NCBI GenBank assembly: GCA_905178155.1
Contig: CAJINV010000002.1
Coordinates: 6,788,743 to 6,852,742, forward strand
Source of the DNA: Amoebophrya sp. A120
Taxonomy: Eukaryota > Protista > Dinoflagellata
Reading direction: 5' to 3'
Length of the DNA stretch: 64,000 bases
Shown: one piece after another, positions 49,535 through 60,800 of the stretch
Layout of the letters: every line of letters begins with the position of its first letter
How positions within the stretch are numbered: position 1 is the first letter of the stretch
Translations under genes and position numbers: made by a program
Notes under the pieces: generated by a model
Database searches by the model: none
What the model saw: the letters and a program-made list of their open reading frames with translations, nothing else
Told to the model about the DNA's origin: nothing

Positions 49535-50966
49535 ATGGTGGCTGACGAGAGACCGCGGGAGTCTCTCGTCAAGTACGACCCTCCGCTCGAGTTGGGACCC
49601 GCGAGCCAGAGCGGATCAACATCAGGTACATAAATTGAATTCATTTCTTGTGTATGCATCACAAACAAAGAGTAGACTGTATTCCTGAATGCAGGGAGAC
49701 GTCGCATGACAAAGAATCTCGTCTCTATCCGAACTGCTTACAAGGTAACAAACTCAAGCAGCAACTAAGCAAGAAGACGACTTTGCCACCAGTGGAGTTC
49801 AAGCCGCAATTGGAGGACATCCTGCACGCATTGCTGCCGCCAAGGTAGGACCACCAGGGAGTTTCTGCATGACTAATTCGTTTTCCTCCACGGCCACTCT
49901 ACATTGCGATTTTAACGATTTTTGCTTGCACGCTGTTCGTAAACGATGATGCGTGATAAAGTTCATGCGTCGACTTCTCTACCAAAATAATACAGGGAAT
50001 GGGTCGAGTCCGAGAGGAATATGATTCAGTACGTCAGCGCAGCACAGGCAACAAGATTAGACGTCATCCAGCTGCAGGAAGCCTTGGACCACAAGCTCAT
50101 GGAGAGGCAAGCACGAGAAACTGGTACAATCACTTACTTTCTTATATTGAAAATTGATTTTGTCATGCAGTTTCACTTTCACATTCACACGCAAATGCAA
50201 AAATACGAATACAACGACTTCGCATGCCAAAGCTCCTAGTAGAAGTGCTAGTCCTAGCTAAACGTAGTCGTCTTTTCCAATAACATTTTATCCAACTCGA
50301 GGTATCTGCCCGGTCCGAGAGGAACTCTATTCTCAGTGCTTCGACGAATTGATCCGACAAATCTGCATCAACTGCCCAGAAAGGTACTTTCTTACAAATT
50401 TTGTGGTACTGTCTGCTGCAATAGAACAATCGGCATTTCTTTGCGAAAATGCGTGGCGTACTAAAAAGGAAAAAATGTTGACTACCCAGGGGTCTCCTCC
50501 TTCTGCGAGTGCGGGACGAGTTGAGAATGACCATCGCCGCCTACCAGACCCTTTACAGCAGTTCAGTGACGTTCGGAACCAGGAAACAGCTCCAATCCGA
50601 GCAGGGAAAGGCAGACATGGAAACAACCTTAACGGACCTGGAGAAGAGTACTATTCATTATCATTTTTTGCATCACAGGTCTGAGTCTGAAGCTCCATGA
50701 CCATCGCCATGCGTTTTCTTCTACATGAGAGAAAGATAGAAACAAGTGGTGATTGCTTCCAATTCGTAAGAATACGTCAAAAACTCACAGAGAAAAAGTC
50801 GCTGGAGGCGCAGGTAGTGGAGCTGAAAAACCAGGCGGAGGCTATCGAGCGGCGGGAGGCTGAGAAGCGGGCCATCGAGGACCGCAAAAAGCGGGAGGAG
50901 ATCGAATTCCTGAAGCACCAGGGCCAGCACTTGGAGAGCTTCCTGAGCTCGGTGGAAAAGAACTAA
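49535..50966 (+). CDS. DNALI1: Axonemal inner-arm dynein light intermediate chain p28
   Basis: SLVKYDPP, EDILHALLPPREW, QARETGICPVREELYSQCFDELIRQICINCPERGLLLLRVRDELRMTIAAYQTLY; five GT-AG introns (~49626-49744, 49844-49995, 50124-50301, 50383-50489, 50648-50790). Confidence 0.96.
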
Positions 50967-51157
50967 AGTAGTGGATCACCAGTGGCGGTGATGTGGTCTT
51001 GCCGTTCTTAATACTCGTAGTGCTTCTGCTTCAGAAAGAAAATTGTTGTAATTCCATCAGTTTATTAAACTAATCGCTTTAGCAGTTACCAGTTAGCAGA
51101 AGCACGACACTAGCTAACAAAAACAATCACAAAAAATCACAGTCAGACGAGCACAAT

Positions 51158-51296
51158 AGCAAAAGTTTAAGTTTCCTTTTCCAAAACAATAGCAGTTTTG
51201 TAGTATAAACATCATACGATTACGACCGAAAGCGAAAATTCAAGCGCAGTCACGGATTGCGTCGAACCAGCAAAAGTTTAAGTTTCCTTTTCCAAA
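51158..51296. repeat. 28-bp perfect direct repeat with 83-bp spacer
   Basis: AGCAAAAGTTTAAGTTTCCTTTTCCAAA at 51158-51185 and 51269-51296. Confidence 0.9.
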
Positions 51297-51828
51297 CCTG
51301 AAGTGCGAGAAAAAAGGGAGATGATACGCCTCTCTCCTCGACGAGGACCAAAATGCCTGAAGAATATCCTCGCACGACACTTATTTCACTTCCTCGAGCT
51401 TTTAAAGAACTTGCTTCTTGAACTTCGTCTCTCTTCCTATCAGACTTCTTTCTGCACTTCTATAGTACGACCTGTATACCATCGAAAGAAGAACAGGAAG
51501 ACCAAGACAATTTTTCACTCGTTGCGCGTGCGCCACGGACACGGTTCGCTGTGCTTGCTCTGGTGCTCGACATGGCCCGCAACCGCATCTGGGTTTTGCT
51601 ACGGGCTCTTGATGTTCGAACCATAAACAGAGTTTGTGCATAATAACTATGCCTGAAGGCCAACTTCGACGCACTACGGAATAAATCCAAAAGCAGGTCA
51701 AAATGACACAAAAAAGAGAGTAGAAGGCAGGGGTGTGAGTGCTTGCTTCTGAGGTTGACGTTGATGCACGATCAACAAACGCGAACATAAGATCGTAAGA
51801 ATCAAGGAGCACTACCACTAACATCATC

Positions 51829-54800
51829 ATGTCGTCGTCCTCCTCAACATCGCGTCACCATCTGCCATCGCTTTTGCAAGACCCGAGTCTGCTACCGGCA
51901 GATGGAACAGATGACAAATCTCAACGTCAACGAGCGGAGAATTTCGGCTCGGAAGTTCTTGTCGCTCCAGGTAATCGGCCTTTCGTTTCGGGAACCAAAA
52001 CTGCTGCTGCTGCCGCCGAAGCCGAAGCCAATCCCAGAAGTGGAGGTGGTCGTGGAATCATTTCCAGCCAGCATCATGGGGAACCACTGCGGCCGCACCC
52101 CGGCCACCATCCCACCACTCCTTCGGGCCACGTCAATACCAGCTCCACCGCGCCCGGAATCGAGATGGACCTGCCCCTTCGCGAACTCAAGTGGGCAGCG
52201 ATTCTAGGCGTGTATGAAAACGCTGATGGCAGCAAACCAGGAGAGCAGGAGGAGAGGGAGAGAAGGGCGCTGAAGGACGTAAAGTTCACCGCAGTACCTC
52301 CGAGTAGCTCCGCGGGTGGTTCCACGTCCCGGCCAACGACAGCGCCAGTTGGTGGTGCAAGTGCTTCTGCTTCGCGGCCGAGCGTTGGCCCGCGGGCAAA
52401 AGCGAGGCAGACTGCTGCGGCTAGCAGGAGTACCACAACCACAACTACAACCACGCGTGGCGGAGGATTCCGGAGCACTACGAAGGCCCCTGCTTCTGCA
52501 GCGACCGAAACCTCCTCCCGAAAGATTGCTGCAAGCGTTTCTTCGCCCAAAATATTGACGAAAGCACCACATAATGCAACGAAGACTGATCCTAATTTAT
52601 TGGAAGCCACGTCGGCAGCGCAGCGGAAGTCCATCCAAATCAGCAGCATGGCCTCGCTGTTTGGGAACGACAAAGATCCATCAGCGCCGCGTGAAGGCTC
52701 AGCTGATCATGGTGTTGAGTTCGCAGAGGCAAGTTATGATGCGACGGCCACGTCGACAAAGCGTCATTCCGAGGACCTCGGCCTTTGGCATTTGAACGAT
52801 CGCGGTGTGAAGACAAAAAACGCATCGGAAAAGCGACTGACGTCACGGTTGCGTGGAATTTATCTCGGACAAGCAGCTGGTGAGAAGCAACTACAACGCG
52901 AACCGATTTCACAACAGAACGACCTGCAAAGTGGAGAAAGAGAAAGACCGTCCACCTCGCCTGCAAAGTTTCCCGCTCGAGTTGCTGCGAAGCTTTTCCT
53001 GGACCCGAGTGAGGAGAAGCAAGGTCTTGATAAGAAGAAGCTGAATCAAGCAAAGGCCACTGCCCAAGATGATGATGGGGCAGTAGCTGCAGACCATAGA
53101 ACAGAACTACAGCGTCGTCGAGGGCTCGAACTTCATGGCGGATTGGCACTAGCACGATCTGGCGAGTCAAAGGACGACGTAGATGCAGCTTCGTCAGCAC
53201 GGAACAACAAGAGCCCGAAAACTACATCAAGTCCGGCGTTTCGAATGAATAAATCTTCTTCGCCAACAAGCCGTGCGCGCTCGGCATCTCCGTCTTCTCC
53301 AAAGCATCATCATGTGAGACCGAATTCGCCAGGCCGCTTTCAAGTTCCGGTCAGTTCCCTAAATTCGCCGGGAACTTTTGAGCAAGGTGGCGAAGATCGA
53401 GATAACCGCGGGAGCAGCGCTTCACCATCACAGCCATCTACCACCTACCTCACCCGCGTTGCCGTTTTGAAACGGCAATTAGACCAAAACAAATTCTACA
53501 ACGCCAGTGATGTGCGAACTTGGCTGCTGGAGGACGAGGAAAACGCAAAGGCTTTGTTTCAAGATGAAAGTGATGGTCGAACAGAAAACTTCGTGCCAGG
53601 AGCGGAAAAATCGGGTGACGAGAATGACCACGACACGACATCACCCGAGCAAAAGACCGCTCGTCCCACCGACAAAAAGAAAGAGGAAGAGCAGCACTCC
53701 AAAACTACAACCCGACACCAAGAATCCACCTACCACGAGCTCGAGTCCGCCCTGCTAGCGGACCCGCGGAGTAACTTGCGGAAGAAGCTGGTGGATTTGC
53801 AATTACCGAACGAAAGCCTGGAAAAACTGAGCCGCATCCTGTTTGTGTACACCAACGGGCTGCATTCCGCGTTTAACTCCTTACTGGAGGATGCAAATAA
53901 ATCGTTTGCCGCACCAACGGGGACGGGAACCGGCGGACCAGGAAGCCCTAGAAGCACTGCTGCAGGAGCGTCGTCTACTGTCCTACCGGCTGGCCGACAC
54001 AATGAGGAAACACTAGGGCTTCTCTGGCGCGTGTATCTTGCGGCTCTGGACAAAACGGTAGGGGGCTTGGATTGCGGACCCGAAATTTCTTGGTTCGACA
54101 GAAATTTCGACTGGATCGTGAGCGAATTTCACGAGAAAGCGATGAATTCGCTGAAGGAACACGGTGCAAGAGCAGGTCACGAATCTTTCGAACAACACGA
54201 CACTGTTTTGGAGCGCCTGCTGGATCAGCAGTTCTTGAACGAAGCGAAGAGTACTGCGCCCAAGAAGACAACGAGAAAAGCGACTGTTTCACAACCCGAC
54301 GAGAAGATGGTGCCCGGTACAGCTGCTGTTGTCGGTGTGCCGACATCTTCTCCGAGTGCAGCTTCCGAGCAGGTAGCTGATGACAGCCAAGTAGGAACAA
54401 AGACTCTGACCTCCGCTGTTTCTGAAGACAGGAGTACTAAGGACCCCGGTGCGGAAAAACAAGATCCGCAACAACTTGGCAAACAAAGCGAAAAAGAAAC
54501 GAAAACAAGAAGTGCGACCACCCTTGATTCCGCTTCGGTGGGAGTATTAAATGCGAATAACGAGAAAGAGCAGCAGAAAAAGCAGAGCATCATCCTCCCG
54601 CTTTCCGCTTTTCTGAAGCAGGACGAGAAGAAGCGGATTTCCCAGTATGTGCAGAACGCAACCACGACTTTCCGCCAATTAGAGAACAAAATCGAGTCCC
54701 TGGAGCAAACGGTTTTCGAACTCGAAACAAAGGACTACGCCCTAGAAAATGATCAACTACAGACAAAAGTCGCCGAGTTGGAGAAAAAACTGCACGAAAC

Positions 54801-57800
54801 CGAAACCGAGTTAGACTTCGAGACGAAAGCGAAGGTGAAGCAGAAGAGACAGCACGACCAGCTACTGACCCTGTTCGGCGAGATTTCCAAAGATTTGGAA
54901 AAGGAACGGAATCTGAATTCCAGATTAGTGCAAACGGTGGACGCAATGGAAAACACCTCCGCCGTTTTGTACGCACCATCCAGGGGCGGAATCCCACCAC
55001 CGAACATGATGGGCGGCGGCGGCGGGGGAGGTACTAACCGCTCGGACCGCAAAAGAGGAGGACAACATCACAGCACTTCTTCGGCGAGGCATTCGGGTGT
55101 TGGGGCCAACCGGGGGACGAGTAACCAACCGGAGGAAAATCTTTTTGGTGGTATGGTCATCAACAAGAAGGACTTTTTCCACAAGCAGAAGTCCTCGAAC
55201 TCCGTGCGGTCGGGCCGACAAACCCCAGTTTTGTCTGTCCAAAGACGGCTTTCGTCCGCGTCCAATGCTGGTGCTGCGTTCAACATGATCCCTGGGTTTG
55301 CCCAGCGGAATACGTTCGCGAATTTCGGAAATCGGGGTAGCGGTTTCACTGCGACTTCATCCATGTCTCTGAACACGGCGAATTTAGAGTCTGCCATGAA
55401 CAGTGTGCAGCTAGGAGTGGACAGTCCGTTTTTCAGTCGGAAGAACAGCATGCAGAGCAATGTTGGCACGAACAGCACCCCGTTCGCCAGCCAACCGCTC
55501 GGCGCGGCGAGGAGAAGCCGCGAGTTGATGCGGCGGATCTCGACCGGCCAGGACTTGCAGACTGCGATGGGAGGAGGTGGAGTTGGAGCTGCTTCCTCCC
55601 TGCCGATGTCGAATTACGCGAACCTTCCCCCCTCCTCCTCTCTCGACCGGCAGGGGTCTTTGCAGGAGCTTGTCGCACAGCGGAACTCGTTCAGTAAGTT
55701 TGGCGGAGGAGGAAATGCCGGTGGCGGAGGCGGCCGTGGAGGTGGTCCGCCTCCTCTTCCGTATGACGACGGCGGCTCGGACTCGTTGAATGTCAGCCAG
55801 CGATCGAGTTTCAACTCTGTCGTTTCTCGACAGACTTTTCAGCGCGGGGAGCTGCACCGCGGCGGTGGCAATGAAAGTTTCCACTCGGTCGGATCGGCAG
55901 CTGATTTGGATAACCAGGCTGGCGTGCCGGTTACCGTCCCACGGCCGGAGCGGATTTCGCAACTGATGCAGAACTTCTACCCGCATCTTGCTGGTGCGCA
56001 GCATCATGGATCACATCAAATAACGGGCGGCGGAGCTGGTGGACAGCGATCCGCTGGGATTTCTCCGAGAAATTCCTTCAGCAACCCTCCAGGCGGTGGA
56101 GCTGGTGCGCGGGGGGCGTCCTTCGGCGCCGCTTCGTCCTTCCTCCGACGGGCGTCGGCCCCGAATGCGGTCTTTGGTGGTGGCCCTCCTGGAGGTTGGG
56201 GAGCAGCGGCTGCTGCGGGAGGTGGTCCTTTAGCCTCTATGCTGCCAGCGGCCAGGAACAGCTTCACCGGGCGAAATTCGTTTAGCAATTTGGGAGGGGG
56301 AGAAATGTCAGAGCTGGCCTCGATCGTGGAGGGGAAAAGGCAGACAATGGTGGAAGATTTTATCTCTAAGGACTACAGCACGGCAGATTATGACAAGGAA
56401 GTATCTGGTACAGCAAGTGCAACAAAACATCATCATCCCGACAGAAAGTATTTGCACCGGAGAAGGTCTGACTTTGTGGATTATGGCGACAAGTTGAAAA
56501 CCCTGTACATGACAGGAGGCACGACCAGCGGCAAAGGTGGTGGTAGTGGTGATAATGGGGGGAAGGAGAACCTGTTGCACGGCGGCACAAAGGCGGGGTT
56601 TCAAAAGCCTCCTACAGCTGTCTCTTCACAAGCAGCGGAAAACAACACGAGAAGCGATTCAATACCAAAACATCAACTGCCACTGCACGATGTCGTTCGG
56701 ATGAAGCAGCACGACCCTGAAGCTGGGCAAGAGATGAAGAAGGAGACCGCAGACGAGCAAAACCGCCATTCCTCGTCCTCCGCTGCCACAGAAGTGGTGG
56801 AGCCAGGACAAGAGAACCGCGACTCCCTTCTACCTGCGGTTGCCGACAAGAACCGCACTTCCGCAGTTTTCGGAACTACACTACAAGAGCGGTTCTCAAA
56901 AAATAGTAACAGTTCGCAAATCGCGTCCAGCCCTGCGGAGAGCGACAAGACCGTGGAACAAAAGCAGCCGTCTCCGACGGATTCCGAGGCAACGGTGACG
57001 TCGGAAGCTGGTGCAGCTGCTCCCGTGATGCCGAGCTTCAGCTTTTCGCCCGAGGCGGCTATGCCGATTATCGATAGCAAGGAGATAAACCAACTGGCGC
57101 TGTCGGTGATGTCGAGTCAAGAAACTGCTATGGGCTCAGTCGCGCGGTCGAAGGAGTTTTTTGTTGGTTGGAGTAAAAACGGAACAGCTGAAAATGGGAG
57201 TGTTGGACGTGGAGCAGCAGCAGCTCGTGAGATCAGCACTGCAGGTGACAACAACGACTTCGAGCCAACGCTTCGACTTCAAGCAGATAGCGGCATAGTA
57301 GGAAGAACGACCCCAACCAGTAATACTAACAACCTCATGCAAATAAACCACGACCCAAGCGAAAACCTCCCCATCGACCACCGCGCGACAGCAGAGCGTG
57401 ACGAGGAGGAAAACGAGAACGCTCCTGACTCCGAAAACGATTCCGACGTGGACGTTTTTGAGCAGTTGGAGCTCCTGCAAAAGGAAAAGCGCGAGTGGAT
57501 TATCAAGGAGCACGATTTCCAGCACGAGAAGAAATTTTTTCAACGGAAACTGCTGCAGAAGGACTCGTATGCATTGCAAAAACATCGTACTAGTACAAAA
57601 CGCATGACAAATTTTTCGTAAAGGAAAAATGAAATTTGTCATGCAGAAAAAGCTAAAAAAGCAGATCTGTCATGCAAGACCTGCATTTATACGAGTACGA
57701 TACTTTTGCACAGGATAACTCGGAAATCGAGAAGCTCGAGGAAGACATAGATTTCTACGCGGAGCAGGCAGAGGAACTGCGCGCGAAAAAATTGGTGCAA

Positions 57801-60800
57801 ATCGAGTCGGAGCTGAAGGAAGTGCGGGTGAAGTACGGAGAGGTTTGCGATGCGAAGGAGAAACTGGAAGAGGAAAAGGCAGAATGGAAATGTAAGTATT
57901 TCAACTTGCTGGAGTTGGACCAAAGTTGCACAGAAGGGGATACGGTGCAAGAAAACGTCGAAAAAAATCCAGACATCAGCGGCACGATAAGTAGATCAGG
58001 GGCTATTGATGCTGGGGAGGCTGCGCATGATTGCTCAGAAATAGACGAGCCTAATGTTGTTGATGGTACAAATTATCCAGGAGCACAAGCTGAGCATCAC
58101 CCGCCCGCTGGAGCGGAAACAGGCGGCACTGCGACCACGACCCCAACAGCACAGCACCACAAGAACTTGACGAAGCAGAAAAGACTGAACACCAAACTCA
58201 ACAAGGATTTGGAACTAGTGAAGCAAGAGAGAAATGCGCTTCTGGTGGATAAGCGCATTCTAGAAGCGGATGCCGAAACGAAAGAGCAACAGTTTTCGAA
58301 ACTCAGTCAAGATTTCCGACACCAGAAAAAGCTTTTGACCACAACCCAAGCAGACCTCGAGTTGTTAACCGACAAGTTTGAGCAGAAGAGGCTAGAATTC
58401 AAGACTTTATCCAACCACTTCGACTTGCAGAAAACGCAAACTTCTCACTTACAAAAAGAGAATGAGAAGTTCGATTTGGAGAACAAAGAACTGAAGAACC
58501 GATTGGAAATAGTGGAAACGTTTGAGCTGAAGGATCTACAGCAAAGGAACGATAAAATAGAACTGCTGCTATCAGTCGAAGAGCACAAGAATCTCCAGCT
58601 CCGCGCTCTAATCGATGAGAACAAACTGCGGCAAGATTTGGCGGAGCAGCAGCAAACGAGCGACTTCACGACCTTCGAGAAAGTAGAGCAGGTGGGGAAC
58701 TTGAGGCAGGTGGAACTGCTGGGCAAGCGGAACCAAGAACTGGAAAGTGAATTGATAAGATTGAAGCAGGGGAAGTTGGAGGAAGTGGAGAAAGAAAATT
58801 TGAAACTGATCAAACAAAATGAAGAATTGGAATATGAAGTGAAGAAGAAGGAACAAGTGGAAATCGCGAAATTGACCGAGTACGAGGAATTGATGGGAAA
58901 GCTGGAAAGCGGGCGGATATTGATTCTGGATTTCGAATCGCGATTGCAGCAAGCGCATATCTTCCTCGAGGAGGAGCGGAAGGAAAAGAACACTTTGTGG
59001 AAGGTTTTTGACGAAGAGCGGGCGGAATTGAAAGAGAAGCATAATCACGAGAAGGAGAAACTGCAGATGACCATCGAAGACCTACGGGCGGAACTTTTCT
59101 TCTCTGGCCTATCCACAAAAAAAACAGCACGATATCATCCCCATCCAGTTTGATGTCAACATCTACAAAACATGCATATGAAGTCTACTTAGCATGTTGT
59201 GCAAAAGGGGATGGTGATGGTTTTTTTTTTGTGGATACGGTCGGGTAGATTACTACAAGGACTTAGAGACCTGCTGCGAGGACTTCGGGACTAAGATTGA
59301 ATTTTTCGAAACAACAACGATTCCGCAGAAAGATCGGGAAGTTTTGAAGCTGAAGAAGGAGTTGGAACACTTTGCGAAGAATGTGGAGAAGGAAAAAGCA
59401 GAACTGCTCGAATTACGGAACCTGAAACTGTCAGCCGATATGAACTTGATCGACTTACAAGCGTGGAAGGAAAACGCTCTAGCCGATTACAATCAAAACG
59501 GGATGCGATTAGCGGACATGGAAAAAGACGTGTTGGACTCGAAGGGAAAACTCGCGGAAACGAAACAAGAGCTGACAGTCATCACGAAGAAACGCGCGAC
59601 TGCGATTTCAGTCGGTGTCACCGCAGATCCTGACATGATCCAGTATGGGTTCAAGCGGCACTATGTGAATAAAAATCAGCAAACAGATTGGAGCTTGCAG
59701 TTGGAGAAGAAGGAACGGAAACTCGTGACGGAGGAAGCGAAAAATGTGTACTACGATCAAATGCTGGTCAATAGTCCTGTCGGGGCGGCGGGGGATCATA
59801 GTCCTGACAATTTCGATAATTTTTTGTACAACGAAAGCAACAGCCTCTTCTCTCCAGTTTCCTTCGGAGGTGGAGACAACATCGGATCGCCGACGAGTCA
59901 AACATCCGCGCCAGGACTTGCAAGACCCGGACTTCCGGGAGTCCATCCAGCGAAAACGCCTAAGTCCGGAAAACAGCAGCGCTTTTCGTGGCCATAACAT
60001 GCTGATTCGCCTGGTTTTTTGGGTCGTTTTCGTGCGCCGGCGCAAGTTGCCCGTGGCGCAAACCTCCTGGTGGAGGCTTCCCAAGCTGCCTAGCCATGGT
60101 CGCCTTCCCTGGCTACGCAGCACCTGGGGTGGCCGTTGTTCTCGGAGTAAATGCTCTGGCCATGATTGTCTTTCGATTCTGCTCTCAGAATGCCTGCGCA
60201 GCATCGGGCGAGGGGGTTCTTTGGCAGAGTGGGGCTTCTGCGTGCACAGCCAGAGAGGCAGCGCCCTATGGCCACGGCCTTGCGCCCTCCACGGCTAGTA
60301 GCCTAGGGCAGCAGGGTTTTGGGGCGTGTTCTGCCTCGCCCCGCCCAAGCCGGCAGACTGGCAGGCGTGCCTGGCGCCCTCCCTTGGTAACCTCGCGGCG
60401 CCTTGTTAGCGTCTCTACCGGCGTGCACCCTCTTCACCTGGCAGGGGCCTTGGCGTTGTCTCCCCTTGCCTCCTTCGGGCGTGTGGTGCAGCTGTGGCTT
60501 CGCCTCTTCTCAAGACGCCAGCCGAGCAATGTCAATTTTTGCCGGCCGCCAGGCCATGGTGGATAATGTTATCCCCGCTCTATTGCTGGTGGTGCGGGTG
60601 CGGCGTGCCACACCATGCAGGACGGACCCGGGACACATTGGGGCCGCACGGTATGGCGGCCTGTATTTCTGGCCAATGAGGTGCCGGGGTTTGGTCCAGC
60701 GTGTGATGGTGGTTGTGGCAAGAATGGCGGCAGGGCACGGCCGCCACGCTTCTGCCAGCCCAGTGCACCTTTTTTGCTTTGTTGGCGCCGCCGGGCTTCC

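Noticed and set aside
20923-50790. AG|GT similarity at both ends of canonical introns as TSD evidence
   Set aside because: It matches the ordinary protosplice consensus, so it is not informative alone.
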